Shown here: positions 10,823 to 22,794 of the stretch, piece by piece
Numbering within the stretch: position 1 is the first letter of the stretch
Layout of the letters: every line of letters starts with the position of its first letter
Assembly: GCA_002269645.1 (NCBI GenBank)
Contig: NIVC01002856.1
Span: 71,013 to 135,012 of the forward strand
Length of the DNA: 64,000 nt
Source of the DNA: Macrostomum lignano
Lineage: Eukaryota
Direction of reading: 5' to 3'
The notes under the pieces: model-generated
Told to the model about the DNA's origin: nothing
Databases searched by the model: none
The model's input: only the letters and a program-made list of their open reading frames with translations
Position numbers and translations under genes: made by a program

Positions 10823-11740
10823 TCACTGGAAAAATTCGAGCTGCAGCAGCTGCTCCATGCGAGGCCGCTGCTGCTCTGCGCACGCTTCGCACAGACTGCG
10901 CAGCTGGTTCGTCGAAGATTCCGGTGCCTCCTTGCAGCCGGTCCTACCGGTGGCCATCTCGACCAGAAAGCAGCCAAACTGACGGACATCCAGCGACGCG
11001 TCAAGTTCGTCCTCTTCAAGGAGGCAGCAGGCGGTGAAGCCGGCCAGCTTAGTATGGCCAGATTCCGTGATCAGTGCGGACCGGCATTTCACATTGCGGT
11101 GCAGAATGCGGCGGCTGTGCAGGTAATGCAAGGCCGATCCGATCTGCGCATCGAAGTGATTCTTACAATGCCTTTTCGGGATCAGAGTACACAGAGGGAA
11201 AGCAGATATCGACAAGAGCTCATCCATCAGTGCTTTTTACCGATAGTGAGACCATGTTTCCGTTTGCGAAGTCAATTTGTTTTTAATTGTTATGTAACAA
11301 TGTAAATTAATCAAATTAAATGACTATGTACGAATAAAACAAACCTGTTTTCCGTGCGCTCCAATCAAGGGTTCTGTCAGACAGCCGCTTCGGTCAATGA
11401 GGTCGCGTAGACTGCCAGCGCCCACCCACTCCATGAGGACGCACACCGAGGCGGCGCTGTCAGCGTCCCTGGCAGCTGCGATGAGGCGCACAATGTTATC
11501 GTGCTTCAACTGCGCTAGGATGCTGAAGCAGCTAAGCAGCTTCCTGCCGGCCTTGTCCGCGCAGTAAACTGCCGCCGTCTCGTCTGCGGTGCTTTCGCTA
11601 GTCTCGGCTGCGCTGATGCGCACTCTGAAGATGCGCCCGAACCGGCCTTGAACTGGAGCGAAGTGCCTTGGGTCGGGCCGGCAGCGAAACCGCCGTCCAT
11701 CAACCGCAAGCAGCTCGAGACTGACGCTTCTCTCTGACAT
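10823..11740 (-). CDS. Pseudokinase 1 (paralogue of pseudokinase 2, activation segment deleted); exons 11345-11740 and 10823/10827-11143
   Basis: QGRFGRIFRV, AAVYC (no Lys), LKHDNIV, LMEWVGAGSL, ILHRNVKCRS, KLAGFT, DVRQFGC. The phase-0 intron 11144-11344 is at the same position (Q|I.SAL.YL) as in pseudokinase 2. Confidence 0.88.
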
Positions 11741-12375
11741 CTCTGACAGTCTTTCCAGTTTTTTTACTGCTAAAAAGTCCAAAACAGAATATGCAGGCCT
11801 TCAGGCCCTCTCTGCTCCTACAGGTACTGTCTATTCTTTACGCAATCGGTCACTATTATGGTTGAGAAAAGCAGCTGAGCAGCTGAGACAGAGGAGAGAA
11901 AGAAGACAGTCATGTGCTTAAGATTCTCTCCGAATGACCCCAAACAGCCCTCACTCCGTTTTCTCTCCGCTCAGCATCTCTCTCACGAGATCGTGTTCGC
12001 CAAAAATAGCTCCAAGATACACGGCAACACAGCCAGTTCTTAGTTGGTTTTGAGGGCCTTCCAGCCAAGCTTGATTGTTTATCAAGAAACAGAAAGAGCA
12101 CCAAATAATAGAGCCAGGCATTGTCGGGTAGGGCAGGGAAAAACGGACTGATCGGGCCATGCGCACTGAGAGACCTGGAAACTCGTGGCCCCAACACGGT
12201 CTGTTTGCGTGTCCAGGGCCTATTGGGGTTGGCTTAAGTAGTATGTGCTCGCATTGCGTTACCTCGTGTATTTTTTCCGAAGAAAAACAAATGCTTTTTT
12301 TCCGGTCAACTTGTAAGCTTTTTCCAACATAGTGAAAGCTGAAAACATCTGTCTGAATCGGTGGCAAGTTTTCCT

Positions 12376-12626
12376 CGCTTCAGTGAGTCATTCGAGTGTT
12401 AACGCGTGTACTTAGGAAATACTCCGCGCTTCAGTGAGTCATTCGAGTGTTAACGTCTGTACTTAGGAAATACTCCCCGCTTCAGTGAGTCATTCGAGTG
12501 TTAACGTGTGTACTTAGGAAATACTCCCCGCTTCAGTGAGTCATTCGAGTGTTAACGTGTGTACTTAGGAAATACTCCCCGCTTCAGTGAGTCATTCGAG
12601 TGTTAACGTGTGTACTTAGGAAATAC
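12376..12626. repeat. 51-bp tandem repeat, ~5 copies, each with TGAGTCA (AP-1 consensus)
   Basis: Unit CGCTTCAGTGAGTCATTCGAGTGTTAACGTGTGTACTTAGGAAATACTCCC starts at 12376, 12427, 12478, 12529 and 12580. Confidence 0.95.
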
Positions 12627-12729
12627 AACAGTAGCTCAGCGATCTGACTCGGACCTCTGGATCGATTCTGTACGCATTCATTCAAGGCTTGCGTGGGAAT
12701 TGGCCAGAATTTGTCGTTAGATTCACATC

Positions 12730-12980
12730 CATCAGGACCAATCTCCTAGGCAAGGCACAGAGAGTGTACATGCTTGACGATTAGACAGTCAGGGCCGATG
12801 TACACCCTGTGTGAGCGTGTGCATGAGTGCGTGCCTGAGTACAGTATTGGCGCGCTTGTATGCTCAGGAGCCAGCGGAATGGGCAGAACTGCCGAAGGCG
12901 TTGCGCCAAAGTGTCCACAGCTTCTTGCAATTTTTTTGTACAGTAGTTCATTCGAAGACACTGTGTCGTAAATATTATAA
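12730..12980 (+). mobile_element. Copy of an unclassified dispersed repeat family (family A)
   Basis: Shares GTACACCCTGTGTGAGCGTG...GCGCGCTTGTATG...CTCAGGAGCCAGCG...GAAGGCG.TGCGCCA with the reverse complement of 32490-32690 and with other copies. Confidence 0.75.
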
Positions 12981-13999
12981 AATTAGTCAAAACGTTTAGC
13001 TTTTTCTCACGACCCTCTACGCAAATCTTAAACAACATGCTGTTGTTTGCTTTTGCCACTAAAAACTGTTTACTCTCACATCTAGTGCATGGAAGTGAAA
13101 TCAACTAGTGCATCATACTACTTAGTTAGTAGTTGGCACTTGCTGGAAAAAAAACAGAAGGAACATTTTCTTAGAGGTGTTTTACGACTCTGGGGCTGCT
13201 AAATTATTGTAGCACTATAATAGTATGATAACTGCCGTCTGTGTATTAATAACGATAGGATTAGCTAAATAAAATATCTGCTCTGCGATATGCTTAAGCA
13301 TATGCGTGCTAGTCAAGACTCACGATTAAAATGTAGCGATTCTTTTTAAAAAATCGAATGCTATCTAATATAAATTCTTCCTTATATGACTATAAAAGTG
13401 TTCTGACAAAATATGCATCGTGCGCGAGGCAAAACTAAGCAGCGATTCAGAAAATATAAATGAGGAAAGTTTATAAATAAGAGAGATAGCGAACACAGGC
13501 TAGAGTATTGAAAAATACTAACTTTTACTACTTCGGAGGACAACCTTGCCTGAACAGTTTAAAAGATCAGAGGCAAAGATGTCCCAATATTCCGATAAAC
13601 AATGTGGATCACATAGAAAATCTATAGTTCATTGTGGTGCTCTATGAAAATGGTCGTGCTAAAATAGTGAATAAACATCGCGTCCAGAAAAGGTAAAAAA
13701 TTAAAACCTATTTACAGAACTCAAAGCTGCTAGTCATTGCCAGGTGGCAGATAAGACTTGCCGATGGGTTTGCTCAAACAGCGAGTCAAGGGTTAAATAA
13801 AGTTTAATAGGAAAAGAAACAAAATGAGGTTTAAAAATGAATATATTGCCGTCGAGTGTGGTTCGTTAATTTTTTTCAGAAGTCTTTTAAGTCTCCGAAT
13901 AGCAATTTAATCTCATCCGAATGGTTCAGTTCCGGTTTAAAGTCGGCGAGCTGCCCTCGAAATGAAGGCGCTGCGTCTGTCATGAGTAGACCCCGATGC

Positions 14000-16900
14000 T
14001 CACAGGCTGGCTGCCATAGGGTTCATCTGCAGTTGCGGATTCGGCGCCCCGTCAATCTCAGGGATGTCCTTGCGAAACATGTCCTTGATGCGCTGCGGGT
14101 GACCAAACGCAAGTGAGTTGTGAGGTCAATGGGGAGGAAGTCAAATACCATGGACAGAAGCAATTCAAATAGTTTACTGATTTAACTGCCTTACAAGATA
14201 GAAATAATTTATTACTGAGACGAGTTTCTGTTTTGTCTTGACACTTGACTTGTAACAAAGCAATTTAAACACTTTTTTAGTGCTGCAATGCAGCAGCGAA
14301 ATGCGGATGTAACAGATAAGTTTTGCCACTTAGTAGGTAGCAACAAGCAAATTTTTTGAACATTAAAAATATATACCCAAACAGAATGTTCAACATGATG
14401 TGTCTTTGAGAAGTACTTTACGACTTAAAACCAATAGAAAAAGCACAAGCGGACGAGTATCTAGTAACAAGGACTATCGACGACTCCAATTGCAATTGAA
14501 ACATTCTTTATGAAACTTTTAAGGACGAAATCCGAGCAATTACCAATTTATGCAACCTCTCTGAGTGTGCTCAGTCAAGCTCACCTTAGACAGTGGCAGA
14601 TTGTGCTTATTGTCGGTGAAGCAGAGCGTCCGAATGGCATAATAGATGGCGTAGATGGGTATGGCAACCACGGACGACAGGGCCAGCATGGCCCCCAGGG
14701 CTTGGGCCCAGTCCGGGTATTTGTATGGTGGGGCCGTGGACCGCGTATAGATCAGCGGCTTAAACTCCAGCACAGAAAAGGCCAAAACGCCCTGCATGAA
14801 GGTATAGTTCAAGGTCAAATGCAAGGTCAAGTTTAAGAAAGTACTATCATTCGACTTAAACGTAAGGAACCAAATCTTGCACTCACGAAGCAACTCAGAG
14901 GGCACAGGACGGTTACACAAATCTGCCAGATAATGGGCGGCGCATGTCCAATCACCATCTTCATCTTCTCACGGAGGCGGAAAATACCTGAAAAGGTCGT
15001 TTATACATTACTTAACTTAATATAAACATTGTAAATGGGCCTTGTAACTCTTGAGTACACAGACGCGCTCAAATCTGATTTTCAGGTTGTGTACCGGGGG
15101 TTGGCGGCCCCTTGGGCCCTCGGGGGTTGGCCCGTATGATTAAGCGTTGTCTATCTATCAACAGGTCCGGAGGGCAGTGATAAAAGTATAGTAGAACAAT
15201 TTACCGAAGAACCAGGCAAAAGCGATGCACTCGAATCCGATGAGCAGCAGAAGGGCCGGGCCGCTGGCCGCGTAGCTGTCGAACATGTTAAACACGTAGG
15301 CGCCTCCCTGCGGCAGCAGCGGTTGAGGAGTTCGAGGCTGATCTGATGGTTGCAAGTCTCATCAAACTACGTTGAGTAGAGTATTGACACAAAATTCCGT
15401 TCAAATTTCCGCTATTAGCTCCGAGGGTCCAAGATTGCTCAAGATTGATTTGAGCAATACTTAACCTGCTGAGCGACTATCAATAATGTCAACTGGCCTT
15501 TCAAGGATCAGTTACTTCAAGTAACTGCATAAAAGTCATGGAGGGATTCAGAGTTCAAAGGATTAAAAATTCTGAACATCCTTGTGGAAAATTTAACGCT
15601 CTTCTCACCGTGCTGACCATGGACAGGCCGATAACGAAGGAGACCATACAGAGGACGAGCACAAACTTTTTTCTGTGCACACGCAGCAGTGGCCACTCGT
15701 CTGCCACCGCCGTGATGAAGCCTTCGACGGTGCAGAACTACAATTTGTTTAGCATTGCGCCGTTGTTAAATGATCTTGATCTAGAAACATTAACACCTGA
15801 TATAACGGCCGTCACTTGCCTGGCTGTCAATGCCAACAAAGAAGACCATCAGAAAGAACAGGACAGCCCAGATCGGAGCTGCGGGCAGCTCAGAAATAGC
15901 GGACGGATACGCCAGAAAAGCCAAGCCCGGACCTGCGGAGTGATTGGGGAGTGATTGTAGAGTGATTGTGGGGTAATTGCAGAGTGATTGTGGAGTGATT
16001 TTGGAGTGATTTTGGAGTGATTGTGGAGTGATTGTAGAGTGATTGTGGAGTGATTGTAGAGTGATTGTGAAGTAATTGCAGAGTGATTGTGGAGTGATTG
16101 TAGAGTGATTGTGGAGTGACTGTAGAGTGATTGTGGAGTGATTGTAGAGTGATGTGGAGTGATTGCAGAGTGATTGTGAAGTAATTGCAGAGTGATTGTG
16201 GAGTGATTTTAGAGTGATTGTGGAGTAATTTCAGAGTGATTGTGGAGTGATTGTAGAGTGATTGTGGAGTGATTGTAGAGTGATTGTGAAGTAATTGCAG
16301 AGTGATTGTGGAGTGATTGCAGAGTGATTGTGGAGTAATTTCAGAGTGATTGTGGAGTGATTGTAGAGTGATTGTGGAGTGATTGTAGAGTGATTGTGGA
16401 GTGATTTCAGAGTGATTGTGGAGTGATTTTAGAGTGATTGTGGCGTAATTGCAGAGTGATTGTGGAGTGATTGTAGAGTGATTGTGGCGTAATTGCAGAG
16501 TGATTGTGGAGTGATTGTAGAGTGATTGTAGAGTGATTTTGGAGTGATTGCAGAGTGATTGTATGGTGATTGCAAAGTGATTCGAGGGTGATTGGAGAGT
16601 GATGATCATGTTTTAGTGAATTTCCCCTGCAAATGAATGACAGTGTATCATATTGAGAGATTGTTGAGGCATTTCACCCAAAAGTTATGTAGAAACATCG
16701 CACTATGCTACTGTAGTTAAGTAGTTTTTGGCATAACACCAGCGAGTTATTTAAACAAGCTACTCATCTGCGAACATCTGTTTTGTTATATTTCCACTAC
16801 AAAACTGCATATGATTATGAAAAATTGGAACAAAAGAAAAATTGCAAAAGTGCTGCATTCTAGAGCCGACTAGCTGGCGGCAGCTTCTACGCCTGGAGAA

Positions 16901-19900
16901 GCGCCTACGATTTTCTATTCCATCTCCTCAACTGCATTTATTTTTAAGCTCAATGGTTTGAAGAGCTTATTGGCAGTTTATTTACTCACCTTGCTGCATT
17001 GGGCTTTTATTTTAGAGCTGAATTCCTGATTGAAAATCTGCATTTTTACCCTCGTCAAAAGCCTCACCTGACGCGGCCACCTGGCTAACACTCTTCTTCT
17101 GCGCTTTGGCCATGAATCCGATTACTGAGAAGATGACAAAACCGGCAAAGATGCTGGTACACGAGTTGATGGTGCCAACCAAAAGTGCATCTCTGCAGTG
17201 GAGCGATAGAGGGATTTTTTGGAATCGTTTTTTTACAATTCCATATGGCTTTTTCATTGCTGAAACGGAGAACTCTTCCCCAGGCCTCAGGTTGGGGCGC
17301 AATGAAGCGAGTAACGGTGAGCCCTTACTGACGGGATGAGACACCTGGCATAGCTGATATGGCTAGTTGACACTGAGGCTCGGGAGCTAACAGAATAAAC
17401 TGGGAACTGAATCCCTTCAGCTGTCTAAGCTATAGAGAACCTTTGCCTTGCGCTGAGGCTCCGTGAGTTATGACGCCTCTTCGTGGCTTCACGCGCGGAG
17501 AGACGAGGGTGGGGGTTAGAGCGGGACAGTGGAGCTATATTCAAAGAGAATACGCGATTACCTGACACTATACCCTGAAGCTACATATGTAAAGCACCTG
17601 ATGGAAAAAATACAAAAAAGTAGAACGAGAGACACAGAGACAAATGAGCCAGCTCATCACCCCTTTGCGGAAGACAGTTTGTGGTTGCAGTTGATAAAAA
17701 GCATTGACGGAATAAGCAAATAGCGTAGACCCTGGCTGCATGCAACGAAAAACGGAGCCTTGCCAGGCACTCACTTGTAGCAGTTGTTGGTTAGCGGGTT
17801 GTAACTGCCAAGAGCTATGTGCGTGCCGAGGCCTAGGCCCAGGGAAAAGAATATCTGAGAGGCGGCCTGGAGCCACACCTGCGAGTGGGAATGCAAACTC
17901 AAGTTCAGCTTCATTCGATTTGATTAACTGTTGTTGACATAACTGACTTAAAATTTAACATTGCTGGAATTATTATTGGTTAAAAATTAAAGTCCACCTT
18001 TGACTCCTGAATTTTGGTGAAGTTCGGCTTCAGGTAGTACTCGATGCCAATGCTCGCTCCGTCCAGTGTGATGCCGCGGAACAGCAGGATGATGAGCAGC
18101 ATGTACGGGAACAGAGCTGTGACGTACACTATCTGCAATCAGTTCCAAGCGGATTCTGACAGCTGTTGGACGTGGATTCCACAAGATTGCACAGCCCAAG
18201 TCATTATTAGGAATTTCAAATTCTCAATCCAAAAGCTATTAACCAGTATATCTTCCAGAAAAGCATTCAACTATTTTCTTTTTTCCCGCAGCAAAGCGCT
18301 CACACAACTAGCAAGCTCAACCAAATTAACAACCTTTCCGGTCCACTGAACGCCCTTGAAGATGCAGAAGTAGCAGACGATCCAAGCGATGCCCAGCGTC
18401 AGCACCAGCTGCCAGCGCAGCCCTCCGGCCTCTCCAATGTCGGTGGACATGCTCAGCGCTTGGCGTCTGGAGAGGTTGAAATTAATAAAATGGCTCAATA
18501 CTTCTGGACCCGTTCAGGCATGGGCCCATGCCTCCATCCGCCTGAGTAGCCCACAGTGCGCAGGCATCACACAAAACAGATTGAAAAAGCAACTCACTCC
18601 CAAAATTCGGCCACCGGCGAGTTCCAGCTGTCCTTGCCGCACAGCTGGCACTGCTCCATCTCGCTGGTTGTCCCAATCACGGAGATTGGGCCCCAGCTGT
18701 CATTGTAGCCGGATGGGATCAGGGTGGTCGGCAGCAGACCGCGGGTGAAATTCGTGGCGGAGTAGGAGATGTTGACCATGGTGCAGTTGAAGCCCGTATT
18801 GTTGGCGAAAGTGGACATGCAGCAGTGCGTATTCCAGCTTTCGTTGCACTTCTTCCAGGGCAATTCGCCCATGGTGAAACTGTTGCCAAGATAATAAAGC
18901 GCGTAGGCCACAATGACAATATAATACACGTTGAGCCAGAAAGCCATTATATTGGCGCAGAAGCCGACACCTGAAATCAAAGTTCAAAGAGCGCTGTGTG
19001 AAAAGGCCCGATTACATGAATTGACCTTTAGCTTGCGTCGATTCTGTCTGGACCGACAGTGGGCGCCTTGCAAGCATTCGCAGGCAGCAAGTCATGAATT
19101 TTGTTATTGCCAAATCGGATGGAAATCCACGATTCAAGGAACCGAGGCTGACTGGGGCTGCAAAAATTCAATTGAAAAAGCAAAACTCTCCTGACCCTCT
19201 TCGGCAGTTGTCGCAATTGTGTTTCCTGTCGGAGACAGAGCGAGTGCACGCGAAATTTGAAAGCCATTCCACTCTGTCAGAGACAATTAATTAACCCGAA
19301 TGGCTTTTTCTGAAAAAGGCAATCTCTCAAGGCTCCCTTCATCTCGTCTCTATCGCTCTGTTGCAACCCAGCTGTCGCTTCCACTGTGGCTCAGACGGGA
19401 TGCCTGCCTTCCAATTCCACGAGTTGTCCCATCCAGAAGCTAGCAGGCGGAGGAAAGCGAAGATGACAGATTCCTCATCTCAGTTGGACCGGCGCCCCGA
19501 CCCCGCAGAGACCGGTGGTGTGTAAGCAAACATTGCCAGGGGAAGATTGCATGGCTGATTGTGCCGGCTTACACTGAAAATGCCCGCGAGCGCAGAGCAG
19601 ACAGCCAAATAAAACAATGTTTAACGACGGTCGCACCGCGGCCTGCCGATGGTTTTTCTTACCCTTGAAGATTGGGCAGTACTTCCACACTCCGAGGCCA
19701 CCAACGTTCAGCATCTGGCCGAGGCTCAGCTCCAGCATCAGCATGGGGATTCCGCCGAAGAAGAGCGTGATCAGATAGGGGATCAGAAAGGTGCCTGGTT
19801 TGGCCGAAGATGGTTTGGAAGAATAAAAATAGGCATTCGCAAGTGTAAACTGCTTATGGCAAATGTCAAAGGTATCCGGTGGATCACTGACCCTAATTAC

Positions 19901-20496
19901 CGCAAAATTTTTAACTTTTTAACTAAAAAACCAAATAAGGCTACATTTGCAGTTTTTAAAGAGTAGACTGTGTGCTGACTATTGTAAAAGACCGTGGACT
20001 CCCAGATCCTCATAGAGGAGGGGCGCATCTGATCAGCCCTATCCTGACCTCCATGAGACCCTCCGCTCGCATTCAAAGTCAAATTCGAATTCCTCCGATG
20101 TTCTACGCACAGTAGTTCTACTGCCTCAGCTCTTTCTCTGTTGTCTCAGCATCCCAAAAAGTGCTCAGGCATTGAGACCCCTCCCCAAAAGCTCACCGCC
20201 GCCATTCTCATAGCAGAGGTAGGGAAAGCGCCACACGTTGCCCAATCCGATGCAGAGTCCAATGCAGCTCAGAATGAAGTCTAACTTGCTGCTCCATTTC
20301 TCTCTAACAGTGACCGGCCCTGACGCCTGAAAGAGCGAATAAAGAAAGCTCGCAGTTAGTTCAGAATATGTGCAGAAGCATCTGTGTTTAACAACCCAGC
20401 GACCTTGGCTGCTTCCGCTGTAGCTTCCTCGCCGTCTCGCAGAGGCACCTTCGCTTCGGCGACGGCGTCCTCGGCCTCCTTGCCATCGGGGTCCAT
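14000..20496 (-). CDS. SLC6 Na/Cl-dependent neurotransmitter transporter, GABA transporter (GAT)-like, 14 coding exons, 656 aa
   Basis: Exons 20404-20496, 20197-20326, 19663-19794, 18598-18970, 18334-18466, 17998-18132, 17775-17878, 17068-17192, 15820-15932, 15609-15737, 15205-15307, 14887-14987, 14585-14791, 14000-14092 sum to 1971 nt in frame. Motifs [62 protein letters not shown]. Confidence 0.95.
15936..16610. repeat. 11-bp minisatellite (GAGTGATTGT[G/A]) in an SLC6 intron, abutting the splice acceptor at 15933-15934
   Basis: Direct inspection. Confidence 0.96.
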
Positions 20497-22794
20497 GTCG
20501 GATCTGTTCGGGAGGGCGGTGTCTTAGAAACCAGGTGAACTTATTATCAAAATATCTGCTTTCAGGAGTTCCGGCGCCGTCAGGGGAGCAACAAACGGAG
20601 ATGCGGCGGAAGGATTCTGGGATAATTGGAGGGGAGATCTGCAGCGACAAGTGCATTCCCGTTTGGGGCTTTTTTATACGCCATATCCCCATGGCCGCTG
20701 CCGCGATTCCCGTGTCCTCGCCAACTCCGCTGCCATTGGCCGCCCCGGGGGTAGGGTGGGCGATCCCGGCCCACTGTCCTGGAATAAATAGGAAAAGTAG
20801 ATGCCTCAGAGGAGATACAAATGAAACTCAGGCAACCTGAGAATCGCCGAGAAGAGAATAGGGAGAAATTTCTCAGCAGAGTAGGAGAGACTGACAGCAA
20901 GGGGTTGGGACAGAATGGCAATGGATTCGGGACCCGGCTTGTCAATCTGACGCACTCCATGAGTGAGTGAGAGTTGGCCAATGCCGCCCTCGGGCGGGGC
21001 TGAGGTAGCAGCCAGCAATATCAGCTCATTGCTAATTAGCGCATCTGGACCGGACCATGGCGGTTCTCACACGGCTTTTCCGCATGTCTTGGCTGCATGG
21101 GAGGAAGGACAGCCCAGGCCCTCGCTTTTCTCACGCTGGTCCGACCACCCCTATGCGCGATACTGGCAAAGCAGAGTAGGAAAGCTTTTAAGACCGCGGA
21201 AGGACCTCGGGGAGGCCCTGAAATCTGAAATCCAGTTTGATCTGACCCCCGGTTTTCTCATTATCCAAATAAAGCGCCGGGTTCTGGGTAGAAGAGCTGC
21301 TGAAAAACACAAGACAGAGGAGGGGAGAGTGGAAGCGAGTAGGAGAGGCCAAGAAAATCAATGAGAGGCTAGCACAGAGTAGGGATCGGATACCGGCTCA
21401 AATCCGCCCTTTTTCAGAGCGCTGCGTGACAACTCGCCGGCTCAATATCCACGCGTCCAACGGTCCAAAGACCCGCAGCTCATCTGTAATTTAACTCTCT
21501 CTGTCTGCTGGAAAGGCCTTTTTGGGCTCCGTGTTGCAGAAATGGGTGAAGGTGGGGGAGGATTTTCCTGCAAGCCTCAACTCGCAGAGACACGCAACTA
21601 AGGAACTAATAGCTCCGCTTTGGTCCACTGCTTTGATTGCTGTCGCACTGAGCTGTTCTCACGCAGCGGATTAGACAATATTGCCGGCAGATTCTGCGAT
21701 ATGAAATTGTGGGATAAGTAGAAATTCTCGGCTGAGATCAACTGTGCTCAGCATTGGGACACGAGGGTTCGTATAGCTTCAGCACTGAAGGCTTGGGACT
21801 CCAGATATCGCTTTAATTTATTCTCAAGCCTTCTATCCACGGAAGGACGGAGGGGTCACGTGAGCAACAACCGCTGAGAGTGAGCCGCAACGCCTGACAG
21901 CTGTGCCTCGGGAGGGAGATGCGAGTCTGATTAGCAGCTGATTTTTCTCTCTCTAAGTAATTAATTATTTTTCCCGCTAACTGGAGAAGCGCCCAAGTAC
22001 GAGGCGATTAGAGAAGTAGAGACGCGCGTCGAAAGCTTGAGGCATTGGGGAATATTCAAGGGCTTACTATCGTATCTATGCAGCCAGCCCTTTTTTATCC
22101 TGACGATAACTAGATATACGAGAATTATAATATTAGTTTTTTATTTCATTTTTAATCTTCTACGAATTCCGCTTTCTTGCATTCCGCATCGATAAATTGA
22201 CAGGAAAAGCAGCAAATTAACACCTGCAAAGCTCAAGACGCTTTCTTTTTAACAATACGAACTTCATGTCATTTCTTACGACTATTAGGTTATTTGAATT
22301 TCAAAGGACGTCATGATGTTTGAGAATAGTTAGGCTGGCTGATTTTCATTTCATAGTACATGTAGGTTGACCCAGACTCCTGGGTTTACTTGTGCTTGAT
22401 TTTTTAGAATATTTAGCTCTTTGGAGTAGTAACAGCATACATAGGACTCAATTGTTATGAATGATTTAGTTTAGAAAAAGCTATGAGTTGTACAGTTTTG
22501 TAATTTGATCTGTGGTGCATTGTGCGTGTTTGGGAGTCAGATCCAATATACTAAAAATGGGAGTCAGATCGTATCTAAATTTCAGGTTTCACAACTCAGA
22601 ATCAGGGCCTGATTATCAGGCTTCAGGGGACCAGAAATCAGGGTTCAGAATCCACAACTAAGTATTCAGGACGAGACTAATGGTTTCGGATTAGAGGACC
22701 CGATTAATGAGGAATTAGAGTTACTGGTTCGGGACTGGGGATCGATGATACAGGACTCAGGACTGATCCACAGCTAAGGGTACAATCCGCCCTG

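Noticed and set aside
11951-12367. 138-aa ORF upstream of pseudokinase 1
   Set aside because: No recognisable motif or compatible splice link; may be a retroelement remnant but this is unsupported.
15890-16609. 239-aa ORF ([11 protein letters not shown])n
   Set aside because: Translation of the 11-bp intronic array; not in the frame of the adjacent SLC6 exon.
20165-20692. 175-aa ORF reading through into SLC6 exon 2
   Set aside because: It runs through intron sequence and is out of frame with the true first exon (ATG 20496), which has clean phase-0 splice sites.
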